A stretch of DNA of 57,839 nt from an uncultured Eubacteriales bacterium (GCA_900546315.1 URCP01000005.1:1-57839); one strand, 5' to 3'; counted from the first letter of the stretch, positions 43,817 through 53,435 are shown. The notes: generated by a model not told the origin, from the sequence alone. Made by a program: numbers and translations.

Positions 43817-44617
43817 CCCTCCGCGGAACGCGGACGGTGTCTCCCCGAACTTCTTCCCGAACACATAGGAAAAATAGTGCTCATCCCGGAACCCGACGCT
43901 GTAGGCTATCTCCTTCACGAGCATATTCGTACCGAGAAGCATTGTTTTTGCCAGTGAAAAGCGCTGGTGAGTCAGATATCCGTACGGCGTGCGCCCGAAG
44001 GTCTGTCTGAATATCCTTGAAGCCTGCGACGGGCTCTTGTATATCAGCGCGGCGAGCAGATCTATCGACACTTCCTCAGATAAGTGCGCGTCAATGTATT
44101 CCTTCATCCTGACGGCGTCAGGGACAATACCGGCGTCCGGCTCACCGCCGCTGTTTTTCAGAAAGGTCAGAAGCTCGTGGAAAATCACGGCGCCCTTATC
44201 GTTTATAGTGTCGGCGGGAAGGCCGGACGCGCACAGCTCCAGCATCCGCTCGAAATACTTCGCCGCGCCGGTCGCGCGGAAGAGGCACGCGTCAGTCAGC
44301 CCGTAGGCGTCGGTCAGCGCGTTTATGAGCACTCCGGAGGCGTTGAACCATATCTTCTTCCACGGCGTCTTCTCGTCTGAATAGTAGACCTGATCCCTGC
44401 CCTGGAGAACCATGTAGACGTCGTCCTTTTCCGGGTGATATGTATGCCCTCCGTACTCTACAGTTCCGGAGCCGTCGTAGATGTATTCGATACTCATGAC
44501 GTCCGAGTCGGTCCGTCTTATGCGATAGCTTCCGTCGCAGTAGGATATCCCGGCGATGCATATCCTGAACGGCGTGTCCCCGCTCGGGCTTCCTACATAG
44601 TATATATCCTCTCTCAT
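43811..44617 (-). CDS. AraC-family transcriptional regulator
   Basis: HTH GFRDEHYFSYVFGKKFGETPSAFR. Divergent from the GH2 gene. Confidence 0.85.
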   Translation of the reverse strand: MREDIYYVGSPSGDTPFRICIAGISYCDGSYRIRRTDSDVMSIEYIYDGSGTVEYGGHTYHPEKDDVYMVLQGRDQVYYSDEKTPWKKIWFNASGVLINALTDAYGLTDACLFRATGAAKYFERMLELCASGLPADTINDKGAVIFHELLTFLKNSGGEPDAGIVPDAVRMKEYIDAHLSEEVSIDLLAALIYKSPSQASRIFRQTFGRTPYGYLTHQRFSLAKTMLLGTNMLVKEIAYSVGFRDEHYFSYVFGKKFGETPSAFRGGK

Positions 44618-44740
44618 GCTTGTTTTCTTAACCTCTTTGCCTGTTTTATCAATTTACATGATAATATTATAGCAGTATAATATACTTATATAAACCACCG
44701 GAATGTAAATTTTCCGGTTTTTCTGAAAGGAATCACGATA

Positions 44741-46468
44741 ATGTCAATGAATCAGATACCGCGCCCGGAACACCCCGAACCGATATGGGAGCGCTCCTCG
44801 TGGGAAAACCTCAACGGAACATGGGAGTTCGCCTTCGATCACGGCCGCTCCGCGCGTGACCGCGGACTTTACAAGAGCGAGGAAAAGCTCCCGCTCGAAA
44901 TTCTCGTTCCGTTCTGCCCGGAGAGCAGACTCTCCGGTATTGAGTACAAGGACTTCATCGACGCCGTCTGCTACCGCAGGCACTTTGAGATATCGAAGGA
45001 GCGCCTTGACGGCAGGATATTCCTGCATTTCGGCGCCGTCGACTACAAGGCGTATGTCTATATAAACGGCGAACTCGCGGGGACACACCTCGGCGGCTAC
45101 GCGTCCTTCGCGCTTGATATCACAAAGCTCGTCAGGGAAGGCGACAATACCGTTTTTGTCTGGGCTCTCGACGACATAAGAAGCGGCAGACAGCCGCGCG
45201 GCAAGCAGTCCGGTCAGTTCGCCTCCGCCGGATGCGACTACACGAGAACGACCGGAATCTGGCAGACCGTCTGGCTCGAGTTTCTTCCTATGGAATACAT
45301 AAAATACGCGAAGTATTTCCCCGACGTAAACGCCGGAACCCTCACTGTCATCGGAGAAACTGTCGGAAAGGGAAAGCTCTCGATCGCGTCCTCATATGAG
45401 GGTGTCCCGACCGGTTCGGCTGAGGTCGACTGCGTCGGCGGAGGCTTCACCGCGACGATAAAGCTCACCGAGAAGCATCTCTGGGAGATAGGAAAGGGCG
45501 GACTGTATGACCTCGTCCTTACCTTCGGCGGAGACACGGTGAAGAGCTATTTCGGTCTCAGAAGCGTCGCGCTCGACGGCATGAAGTTCAGACTGAACGG
45601 CAAGTCTGTGTTCCAGCGCCTCGTGCTTGACCAAGGCTTCTATCCGGACGGCATTTACACGGCTCCGACCGACGCCGACCTCGAAAAGGACATCGAGCTC
45701 TCGATGGTGTGCGGCTTCAACGGCGCGAGACTGCATCAGAAGGTCTTCGAGGCGAGATTCCTCTACCACGCCGACAGGCACGGATACATGGTCTGGGACG
45801 AGATGGGCAACTGGGGCTTCGACTGCGGAGCGGCTCAGGCAACCGAGATATACCTCAACGAATGGATGGAGGTAGTAGCGCGCGACTTCGATCACCCGTC
45901 GGTCATCGGCTGGTGCCCGTTCAACGAAACATGGTCGTATATGCAGAAGGACGGGACGAACACGCTTCTCTCCACGATTTACAACATGACGAAGATGTAC
46001 GACCCCACCCGCCCTGTCATCGACACGAGCGGCGGATACCACTTCGTGACCGACATCTACGACGTTCACGACTACGATCAGGACCCCGACAACTTAAGAA
46101 AGCACTACGAGAAGCTCTCCGAGGGCGAGATCTTTGACTGGCTCGCAACCCGCACACCATCAATGACACAGAAATGGAAAGGCGAGCCGGTATTTGTAAG
46201 CGAGTACGGCGGAATCGGCTGGAAGACCGACGGAACCGACGGCTGGGGCTACGGCAAGAACCCCGAGGGCGAGGAAGAATTCGTCACCCGCTTCACGCGC
46301 CTGACCCATGTCCTTCTCGACAACCCGCTGATCATGGGCTTCTGCTACACCCAGCTCTATGATATCGAGCAGGAGGTAAACGGTCTCTACACCTATGAGA
46401 GAGTTCCGAAGTTCGACGTGTCCCAGTTCAGAAAGGCCTGCGAAAAGAAAGCGGCCATAGAGGACTGA
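44741..46468 (+). CDS. Glycoside hydrolase family 2 protein
   Basis: GH2 sugar-binding motif NGELAGTHLGGYASFALDIT. TIM-barrel region with CPFNETW (acid/base) and VSEYGG (nucleophile). Confidence 0.8.
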   Translation: MSMNQIPRPEHPEPIWERSSWENLNGTWEFAFDHGRSARDRGLYKSEEKLPLEILVPFCPESRLSGIEYKDFIDAVCYRRHFEISKERLDGRIFLHFGAVDYKAYVYINGELAGTHLGGYASFALDITKLVREGDNTVFVWALDDIRSGRQPRGKQSGQFASAGCDYTRTTGIWQTVWLEFLPMEYIKYAKYFPDVNAGTLTVIGETVGKGKLSIASSYEGVPTGSAEVDCVGGGFTATIKLTEKHLWEIGKGGLYDLVLTFGGDTVKSYFGLRSVALDGMKFRLNGKSVFQRLVLDQGFYPDGIYTAPTDADLEKDIELSMVCGFNGARLHQKVFEARFLYHADRHGYMVWDEMGNWGFDCGAAQATEIYLNEWMEVVARDFDHPSVIGWCPFNETWSYMQKDGTNTLLSTIYNMTKMYDPTRPVIDTSGGYHFVTDIYDVHDYDQDPDNLRKHYEKLSEGEIFDWLATRTPSMTQKWKGEPVFVSEYGGIGWKTDGTDGWGYGKNPEGEEEFVTRFTRLTHVLLDNPLIMGFCYTQLYDIEQEVNGLYTYERVPKFDVSQFRKACEKKAAIED

Positions 46469-46485
46469 TACGATCCTATTAAACA

Positions 46486-46525
46486 GGGGCGGTCACAGAG
46501 CGTGACCGTCCCGATTTTTCTTTTC
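46486..46525 (+). terminator. Intrinsic terminator of the GH2 gene
   Basis: GGGGCGGTCAC-agagc-GTGACCGTCCC followed by GATTTTTCTTTTC. Confidence 0.75.
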
Positions 46526-46717
46526 TGTTCCGGAGCGTATATAAATATAGGTATACGGCGCCGGAGCACAGTCTGTCGGCTGATTCATTAAAAACCCGAT
46601 GCCCTCTCTCCCGGACATATTTCGACACGCCGTCATATACTTAAGTGCGGCACAAAGAAACTCTCTGTACCGCGAAAACGCCGTCGAATGACGGCAGATA
46701 ATACGGAGGAAAGCATC

Positions 46718-47569
46718 ATGGCAGCATTCACCAATCAGGCGACCCTGTCCTACAACCGCGGCACAACGACCTCGAATGTCGTCACCGGAGAACTCGTGGA
46801 AGTTCTTTCCGCGTCGAAGACAGCCGTGACCGACAGCTACGAGCCGGGCGGGAAAATCACATACATCGTCAGCGTGGTCAACTCCGGCACGACCGGATAC
46901 ACGGGTCTCACGCTTACCGACAACCTCGGAAGCTACACGGTCGGGACGTCGACGTTTGTACCGCTCGACTATGTGGACGGTTCTCTTCACTACTATATCG
47001 GAGGAACCGAACAGGCGGCGCCGACAGTCACAGCCGGTCCGCCAATGACCGTTACAGGAATCAGCGTACCGGCGGGAGGCAACGCGGTCATAGTCTACGA
47101 GGCAAGAGTCAACGGCACGGCTCCGCTCACGGCGGAGAGCGAAATCGTCAACACAGCGGAGCTGTCCGGAGGCGGGATCACCCCGATCACCGTAACCGAT
47201 ACCGTGAACGTATCCGCGGAACCGAGGCTCACAATCAGCAAGGCGATCTGCCCGTCAACCGTCGTTGAGAACGGACAGGTGACCTATACGTTCGTCATAC
47301 AGAACAGCGGCAATATCGCGGCTGTCGCGGCGGACGGGATAACCGTAACCGATACCTTCGACCCGGTTCTGAATGACATCGCGGTCGCCCTTGATGGAAC
47401 CGCGCTCGCTCTGACGACCGATTACACGTATGACACAGCGACCGGAGCGTTCGCGACCGTTCCCGGAAGAATAACCGTACCGGCGGCGACCTTCGCGCAG
47501 AACGCGGGAACCGGTGAATACACGGTGACGCCCGGAGTCGCGGTTCTCACCGTGACCGGAACCGTATGA
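46718..47569 (+). CDS. DUF11-type conserved-repeat protein (two repeats), no signal peptide
   Basis: Repeats are SKTAVTDSYEPGGKITYIVSVVNSGTTGYTGLTLTDNL and SKAICPSTVVENGQVTYTFVIQNSGNIAAVAADGITVTDTFDP. RBS GGAGGA. Confidence 0.6.
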   Translation: MAAFTNQATLSYNRGTTTSNVVTGELVEVLSASKTAVTDSYEPGGKITYIVSVVNSGTTGYTGLTLTDNLGSYTVGTSTFVPLDYVDGSLHYYIGGTEQAAPTVTAGPPMTVTGISVPAGGNAVIVYEARVNGTAPLTAESEIVNTAELSGGGITPITVTDTVNVSAEPRLTISKAICPSTVVENGQVTYTFVIQNSGNIAAVAADGITVTDTFDPVLNDIAVALDGTALALTTDYTYDTATGAFATVPGRITVPAATFAQNAGTGEYTVTPGVAVLTVTGTV

Positions 47570-47644
47570 ATCTGACAAACACGTAAAGCGGCAAAAGGGA
47601 GACTGCCATTCATCCGGCGGTCTCCCTGATTTTTCATTCCGGCT

Positions 47645-48607
47645 TCACAGTCCGGCGCGTATGCAGACGGCTTTCTCCGACACGAGCGACACTTCTCCGA
47701 GCCCGGCGGACAGATAATATGTGTCCCCCTTGACAAACGGATAATCTTTCCCGCCCGCGCGGATGATTCCCTCTCCATCTGTAAATGTCAGCGACGCGAA
47801 GCTGTCTTCACCGACGCTTATATGTTTATCGCCGCTTATGTCGTACTTTCTGACGGTGAACTTGTCGCAGGCGGCGAGAAGGTCCGGATCACGCCTGTCG
47901 GCCTTTGAAAAACGCAGCTTCTCTATCTCTTCCGGCGTGTAGTTCACTATGACTTTCTTCGCCTTCTCTACGTGCAGCTCGCGCGGCTTACCGTCCTTTC
48001 CGGGGCGGTCGTAATCGTAGACGCGGTAGGTTATGTTCGAGTTCTGCTGTATCTCGCAGATGAGTATGCCAGCGCCGATCGCGTGGACGAGCCCGGACGG
48101 GATGAAATACACCTCTCCCGCGTGAACCTTCACATACCGCAGTGTCCCGCCTATCCTGTGCTCAGCGACGGCGCGCTCAAACTCCTCCCGCGTGCAGTCC
48201 TCCTTCAGACCGAAAACGAGCTCAGCGCCTTCGTCCGCCCCGACTATGTACCACATCTCAGTCTTCCCGAACTCGCCCTCGTTCTTCAGCGCGTAGTCGT
48301 CGGACGGGTGAACCTGTATCGACAGCTTATCCCTCGCGTCGATGAATTTGATGAGCAGCGGGAAACGGTCGGCGTTATAACCCTTTCCTATAAGTCCGTA
48401 TCCGCCCTTTTCAAGGTAGTCTCCGAGGGTCATGTCCTTGTATACGCCGTTATCTATGACGTTCATGCCGTCCGGTCTGACGGTCAGCTCCCAGCTCTCC
48501 GCGATGTTTTCAAACGGCGCGGTCTTGTGGTATTCTTTCTTCAGCTTGTCCCCGCCCCAGATTATCTCTTTTACGGCGGGACGCAGTCTCATCGGGTAAA
48601 GTTCCAT
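47645..48607 (-). CDS. manA: Class I mannose-6-phosphate isomerase
   Basis: PMRLRPAVKEIIWGG, SIQVHP and the cupin pattern. I prefer the ATG at 48607 over the TTG at 48616. Confidence 0.8.
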   Translation of the reverse strand: MELYPMRLRPAVKEIIWGGDKLKKEYHKTAPFENIAESWELTVRPDGMNVIDNGVYKDMTLGDYLEKGGYGLIGKGYNADRFPLLIKFIDARDKLSIQVHPSDDYALKNEGEFGKTEMWYIVGADEGAELVFGLKEDCTREEFERAVAEHRIGGTLRYVKVHAGEVYFIPSGLVHAIGAGILICEIQQNSNITYRVYDYDRPGKDGKPRELHVEKAKKVIVNYTPEEIEKLRFSKADRRDPDLLAACDKFTVRKYDISGDKHISVGEDSFASLTFTDGEGIIRAGGKDYPFVKGDTYYLSAGLGEVSLVSEKAVCIRAGL

Positions 48608-48633
48608 TTTGTTCAAGTCCTTTCAATAGTATA

Positions 48634-49170
48634 TCAGACAAGCTTCTTTGACATATATATGACAAGCTCGTCGTCGTTCGGATAAACGCCGTATGGCTCC
48701 GCCGGGCGGTCCTTGTACCATACTCCCGAGCCGTCCGGAATATATCCTCTTTTCGCATACATTCTCTGCGCGGACCCGTATCCGGAGTGCAGTCCGACGC
48801 CCAGATACACAGTGTCGGCGTATTCCTTCGCGATATCCTCCGCGGCGTCCATCAGAGCCTTTCCGACACCGTGCCGCCTGTACTTTTCGAGAACGCCGAA
48901 ATCGACTATCTCCGGAAGTCCCCGCCCGGCGAAAGCGCCGAACTGCGCGTCGGGATATACATTTATATATCCGGCGATGTTTCCCTGATACTCCGCGACG
49001 AGCGAGATACATTTTCCCTCATCGCGATCCCTCAGGCGATCGATGTATTTGTCTATTGTCTGATCCCACCCCTGAGCAACCTCTCCGGCGCAGATGATCT
49101 CCGAGTCATCCGGGCGGAAATTTCTTACACATATAGTTCTATCGTCGTAGTATGTCTTTTCTTCGTACAT
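48634..49170 (-). CDS. GNAT-family N-acetyltransferase
   Basis: The acetyl-CoA motif region RRHGVGKALMDAAEDIA. The start is the ATG at 49170, or possibly the GTG at 49179. Confidence 0.75.
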   Translation of the reverse strand: MYEEKTYYDDRTICVRNFRPDDSEIICAGEVAQGWDQTIDKYIDRLRDRDEGKCISLVAEYQGNIAGYINVYPDAQFGAFAGRGLPEIVDFGVLEKYRRHGVGKALMDAAEDIAKEYADTVYLGVGLHSGYGSAQRMYAKRGYIPDGSGVWYKDRPAEPYGVYPNDDELVIYMSKKLV

Positions 49171-49284
49171 AGCCTTCACCCTTTTTTGTCACATGAATAA
49201 TTCTCCCGTTTCCGGCAATACTTTTCTCGCGGTCGGAAAGCAATCTGTCCCCGCAATCAGATAAAACCAAGGAGCGTTTACACA

Positions 49285-49458
49285 ATGAAAAACGAGAAGA
49301 ACCAGAATCAGAGCCAGAACCGGAACAAGGCACAGAACCAGAACACCAATCGTGCGAACAGCTATCAGAGCAATCAGCAGGCACAGAACTGCCACAAGAA
49401 CCACTCCGAGAACACCGACGGCAGAGAGTCCGAAGAGAACGAGCGCGAAGAGTTCTGA
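49285..49458 (+). CDS. Small (57 aa) N/Q/K/E-rich hydrophilic protein; not in the supplied ORF track
   Basis: The ATG at 49285 lies 8 nt after AAGGAG. Sequence MKNEKNQNQSQNRNKAQNQNTNRANSYQSNQQAQNCHKNHSENTDGRESEENEREEF. A plus-strand terminator follows directly. Confidence 0.6.
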   Translation: MKNEKNQNQSQNRNKAQNQNTNRANSYQSNQQAQNCHKNHSENTDGRESEENEREEF

Positions 49459-49471
49459 CTCATTGTTCCTG

Positions 49472-49505
49472 TCCGCCGTGGATAAGCCCGCGGCGGCTTT
49501 TTATT
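49472..49505 (+). terminator. Intrinsic terminator of the small ORF
   Basis: CCGCCG-12 nt-CGGCGG followed by CTTTTTATTT. Confidence 0.65.
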
Positions 49506-50274
49506 TGCTGTTCTTCTCGGTTCTGCGCAGTATGACCTCGGCTATAGCGAGATCGGCGGGCGTCGTTATCTTGATATTGTCGGTCCCGCAGTCGACGAGC
49601 TTCACCGGGAAACCGACACGCTCGGCGAGCATATTGTCGTCGGTCGCGGAGAAGCCCTCCGCCTTTGCCGTATAAGCGGCGGCGCGGTACAGGTCAGTCC
49701 CAAATATCTGCGGCGTGGAGGCGAGCCAGAGTGAAGAGCGGTCTACCGTCTCCTCGATGAATCCCCTGAAATCCGCGCGCTTGACCGTATCGCTCGCGTG
49801 GGAAGCGGCGGTCGCGGCGCCCCAGTTGTACGCCTCCCTCGCGACAGACGATATTATCTCCGGTGTCACAAGGCATCTCGCGCCGTCGTGTATCGCGACG
49901 AACTCAGCCTTGTCCGATATCCTCTCAAACCCGCGCAGTACCGATTCCTGTCTCGTGTCCCCGCCCTCAACGACGGCGGTGAGCTTATTTATATTGTAGC
50001 TTTTCCTCAGGGTCTCGTACATGGGGATCTCGTCCGCCCTCGCGGCGACCACTATCTCGTTTATCTCACCGCACCTCTCAAAGGCGAGCAGTGTGCGCGC
50101 TATCACCGGCATTCCGCAGAGCTCCATCGTCTGCTTCGTCTGTCCGCTTCCCATTCTCGTGCCGCTTCCGGCGGCGGCTATCACGGCGGACGTGAAGTGC
50201 GGCTTTCCCGCCGTTTTCGACAGGCTCCGTATCAGCGCCGCTATGTCTCCGCTCGTTATATGCAAACTTATCAT
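49501..50274 (-). CDS. ispD: 2-C-methyl-D-erythritol 4-phosphate cytidylyltransferase
   Basis: AAAGSGTRMG motif. The start is uncertain: the ATG at 50274 abuts the RBS, and the TTG at 50265 is an alternative. Confidence 0.85.
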   Translation of the reverse strand: MISLHITSGDIAALIRSLSKTAGKPHFTSAVIAAAGSGTRMGSGQTKQTMELCGMPVIARTLLAFERCGEINEIVVAARADEIPMYETLRKSYNINKLTAVVEGGDTRQESVLRGFERISDKAEFVAIHDGARCLVTPEIISSVAREAYNWGAATAASHASDTVKRADFRGFIEETVDRSSLWLASTPQIFGTDLYRAAAYTAKAEGFSATDDNMLAERVGFPVKLVDCGTDNIKITTPADLAIAEVILRRTEKNSK

Positions 50275-50302
50275 TCCTTACAGCATAATTTTCTCACCAT
50301 TT

Positions 50303-50331
50303 ATTATACCACATCCGGCGCGGAATGTAGT
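50303..50331 (-). promoter_or_regulatory. Putative ispD promoter with extended -10
   Basis: Minus strand reads TGgTATAAT with a weak -35 (ACTACA). The spacer holds the palindrome CATTCCGCGCCGGATG (50312-50327). Confidence 0.4.
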
Positions 50332-50458
50332 GAACAAAGTTATAATTTTAACTCACCCGTAATCGGTTGTCTGTTAATATTCGGCAACCAAATATATTAT
50401 GACAAATGAACGCCGTGTCACGTGACAAAACGCGCGGCGTTAAGTTTTCGTGAATCAC

Positions 50459-50487
50459 TTGACATGAGCGGAATGTTATGCTATAAT
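50459..50487 (+). promoter_or_regulatory. Promoter of the GNAT-GT8 operon
   Basis: TTGACA, 17 bp, then TGcTATAAT. Confidence 0.6.
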
Positions 50488-50545
50488 GTGCATATACAGG
50501 CGTCGGGTTGCCGCCGCCAAGCCAAAAGAAAGTGAGAAGAATACC

Positions 50546-51685
50546 ATGTCTGAAACTTTAATATACAAAGGCCGCGGGAGCGCGGAGATGTTCGACGACT
50601 ATATCGACTTCATAAACTATGTCTTCGGAATGAACGGCACAAGCGAGGGCTTCCCTAAGCTCCTGCCAAAGCTCTACAAACCTGAGTATCATCCCTGTGA
50701 GAACAACTATGTCGTAACGGTCGACGGCAAGCTCAAGTCCGCGATCGGCGTATTCCCGCGCACATTCGACATAATGGGCGAAAAGTTAGTGTCGTGGGGA
50801 ATCGGGAACGTCGCCGTTCACCCGTACTCTCGCTCGAAGGGATATATGCGCGAGCTGCTGCACACGGCTGTCGACGAGATGATCGCGTCCGGCGCCGATA
50901 TGTCCGACCTCGGAGGTCTGCGCCAGAGGTACGCGTATTTCTCGTACGAGTCCGCCTCTCCGGTGGCTAAATACTATATAACCGGAACGTCGATACGTCA
51001 CTGTTTCGGCGGTTCCCCGCTCCGTGAGCTGGATTTCCGTGAGGTCTGCGAGAACGAACCGCTCCTCGACGATATAATCGCTCTGCACCAAAAAAGGATA
51101 TGCCACGCCGAGCGTCCGGACGACGAATTCCTCGATATCGCGCGCTCATGGTCGAAAAAGCTCTATGCGGTCCTCGACGGCGAAAAGCTCCTCGGTTACT
51201 TCATCGGCGACCTCTGCGAGCTGACTCTCATCGACAACGGCGACTTCGACGACGTCGTGCGGAACTACATAGCGAAGCGCGGTAACGTCACGATAACCCT
51301 CCCGCTCTATGAGACCGACCTTCTGAACCGCGCCGAGCGCATCGCGGACGGCGTCAGCATGGGCAACGATCAGAACTACACGATATTCCATTTCGCGAAG
51401 GTAGTCGGAGCGTATATGAAGCTCAAGGCGAAGACAGCCGGGCTTGTCGACGGAACCCTCAGCGTCACCGTGAACGGCATCGCCGGGACCGAAAAGTTCA
51501 GGATTGACGTGAAGAACGGCGCACCTGAAATAACCACGATTGATAGAGACACCGACCTGACGCTCGACCATCTTGAGGCGGTAGCGTTCTTCTTCAGCCT
51601 GTCAAGCGCCGCGAGACGCGCAAACCCGCTCGCCGCCGCGTGGTTCCCACTGCCGCTCTTCATCGAGTCGGCTGACCATGTGTGA
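50546..51685 (+). CDS. Eis-like GNAT N-acetyltransferase (GNAT + C-terminal SCP2-like region)
   Basis: About 380 aa. GNAT core HPYSRSKGYMRELL. The architecture resembles Eis-type enzymes. Confidence 0.6.
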   Translation: MSETLIYKGRGSAEMFDDYIDFINYVFGMNGTSEGFPKLLPKLYKPEYHPCENNYVVTVDGKLKSAIGVFPRTFDIMGEKLVSWGIGNVAVHPYSRSKGYMRELLHTAVDEMIASGADMSDLGGLRQRYAYFSYESASPVAKYYITGTSIRHCFGGSPLRELDFREVCENEPLLDDIIALHQKRICHAERPDDEFLDIARSWSKKLYAVLDGEKLLGYFIGDLCELTLIDNGDFDDVVRNYIAKRGNVTITLPLYETDLLNRAERIADGVSMGNDQNYTIFHFAKVVGAYMKLKAKTAGLVDGTLSVTVNGIAGTEKFRIDVKNGAPEITTIDRDTDLTLDHLEAVAFFFSLSSAARRANPLAAAWFPLPLFIESADHV

Positions 51686-51691
51686 TAACCT

Positions 51692-52510
51692 ATGAATATA
51701 CTTGTAACACTCAATGAGGCGTATATTCCCTGCCTCGAGGTCATGCTCCGCTCGCTTGCCGACAGCACGCCCGGACAGTTCTTCAGTGTATATCTGATCG
51801 AGACATCGGTGAGAGACGAGGCGCTCGACCGCGCGAGACGGATTCTCGGGGAAAACGGTGAAATCATCCGCGTGAATGTCGCGGATAATGAGCTTATACG
51901 TTCTCTCGCCGACGCTCCAACGACCTCGAGGTATCCGACCGAGATTTATTACCGCATATTCGCGGCGAAGCTGCTGCCCGAAACCCTCGACCGCATACTC
52001 TACCTCGACCCCGACCTCATCGTGAACCGCAGTATCGCCGGGCTTTACAGTACCGACATGGACGGCTATATGTTCGCCGCCGCCTCACACGTCAGGCGGC
52101 TGATGCAGAAGGTCAACGAAAAGCGGCTCGACATGGACGAATCCGACCCGTACATAAACTCCGGAGTCATGCTGATGAACCTCCGGAAGCTCCGCGCGGA
52201 GCAGAACGTCGATGACGTCTACGACTTCATAGAGGAGCACCGCCGCTCGCTCGTCCTGCCGGATCAGGACATAATAAGCGGTCTTTACGGCGAGGACATC
52301 CTCCCGCTCGACCCGTACCGCTACAACATGACCGAGCGCCTCTTCGCGCTCCGCCTGCTCACCAGCCATAAGATGAGCGTGGACTGGGTGCGGGAGAACT
52401 CCGCCGTTATCCACTACTGCGGAAGAAACAAGCCGTGGAGACCCGGATATATCGGAATGCTCGATGTCTTCTGGAACGAGACCGCGGCGAAAATTTCAGG
52501 GATACGCTGA
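51692..52510 (+). CDS. Glycosyltransferase family 8 protein
   Basis: YLDPDLIV (DxD) and NSGVMLMNL motifs. Confidence 0.8.
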   Translation: MNILVTLNEAYIPCLEVMLRSLADSTPGQFFSVYLIETSVRDEALDRARRILGENGEIIRVNVADNELIRSLADAPTTSRYPTEIYYRIFAAKLLPETLDRILYLDPDLIVNRSIAGLYSTDMDGYMFAAASHVRRLMQKVNEKRLDMDESDPYINSGVMLMNLRKLRAEQNVDDVYDFIEEHRRSLVLPDQDIISGLYGEDILPLDPYRYNMTERLFALRLLTSHKMSVDWVRENSAVIHYCGRNKPWRPGYIGMLDVFWNETAAKISGIR

Positions 52511-52529
52511 ACAAACCGGATTTCCTCAG

Positions 52530-53393
52530 TCACACGAATATTCCCTTATGCCCCCGCCGGTACTCCGCGGGGGATTCTTTTTCCGTCTTGTTCCAGCAGC
52601 GGTAGAAGTATGTCGCGTTCTCGAAACCGCACCTCGCGGCTACCTCCTGGACGGGCAGATCAGTGTTTGACAGGAGCTTCTTCGCGCGGGATATTCTGAC
52701 CTTCCTTATGTACTCGACCGGGCGCATTTCCATGTAGCGCTTAAAAAGTCGGCACAGGTACTGCGGGCTTATCCCGCGGCAGACGGCACATAGGTCGCTG
52801 AGCGTTATATTCTCGCTCACGTGCGCGTGTATGTAGTTCACGGCGTCAGAGACGACAAGGCTGTCGGTCAGGCTCTCATCGCTGTTCTCCTCGAGGCAGG
52901 ATATGACCGCGCATATCATCCTGTAAGCCTCTGCCGCCGCCATAAGCCTTCCGTGAAGCGTTCCGGACGTAAGCTCGCGGTTGATCGTCTCGTACATCCT
53001 GTTTATCTCGTTCGGGTTCTCCGGGCGGAATATGCGCAGCTTGTCGCCAAGTGAGAGTATGCTGCTTCCCGGACTGAGATCCCCCAAAAATATTGTAACC
53101 CAGTTGTCAATCCAGCCGCCGGGAGCGGGCGCTATATGCGGCGTGACTTTTGGCGGCGTGTACATCATCGTGCCTATCGGAAGAATGTATCTTTTTCCTT
53201 CGTGGTATATGACGCCGCAGCCGCTGACCGTCATGTGGAGATGGAGCACATTGATACCCATCCAGTTTCCTATGGTCAGCTCCTCCTGCTCATGTCCGGC
53301 GCCGATTCCGACTGCGTATACAGGGAGCTCCCTTTCGCGATCGACTACCGGAAAGAAATTCACATCGTATTTCGGGTCTGTTATTTTTCTCAC
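52530..53393 (-). CDS. AraC-family transcriptional regulator
   Basis: HTH GFENATYFYRCWNKTEKESPAEYR. GTG start. Divergent from the SBP gene. Confidence 0.8.
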   Translation of the reverse strand: MRKITDPKYDVNFFPVVDRERELPVYAVGIGAGHEQEELTIGNWMGINVLHLHMTVSGCGVIYHEGKRYILPIGTMMYTPPKVTPHIAPAPGGWIDNWVTIFLGDLSPGSSILSLGDKLRIFRPENPNEINRMYETINRELTSGTLHGRLMAAAEAYRMICAVISCLEENSDESLTDSLVVSDAVNYIHAHVSENITLSDLCAVCRGISPQYLCRLFKRYMEMRPVEYIRKVRISRAKKLLSNTDLPVQEVAARCGFENATYFYRCWNKTEKESPAEYRRGHKGIFV

Positions 53394-53435
53394 CTCATTT
53401 GTTTCAAATAGTTCATATCCGGCGTGATTGATTCA

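Noticed and set aside
49189-49404. 71-aa very hydrophobic minus-strand ORF (Leu/Val/Ile-rich) that looks like a small membrane protein.
   Set aside because: It is the reverse-complement image of AAC/CAG-rich codons of the plus-strand N/Q-rich ORF. It has no RBS, whereas the plus-strand ORF has both an RBS and a strand-specific terminator.
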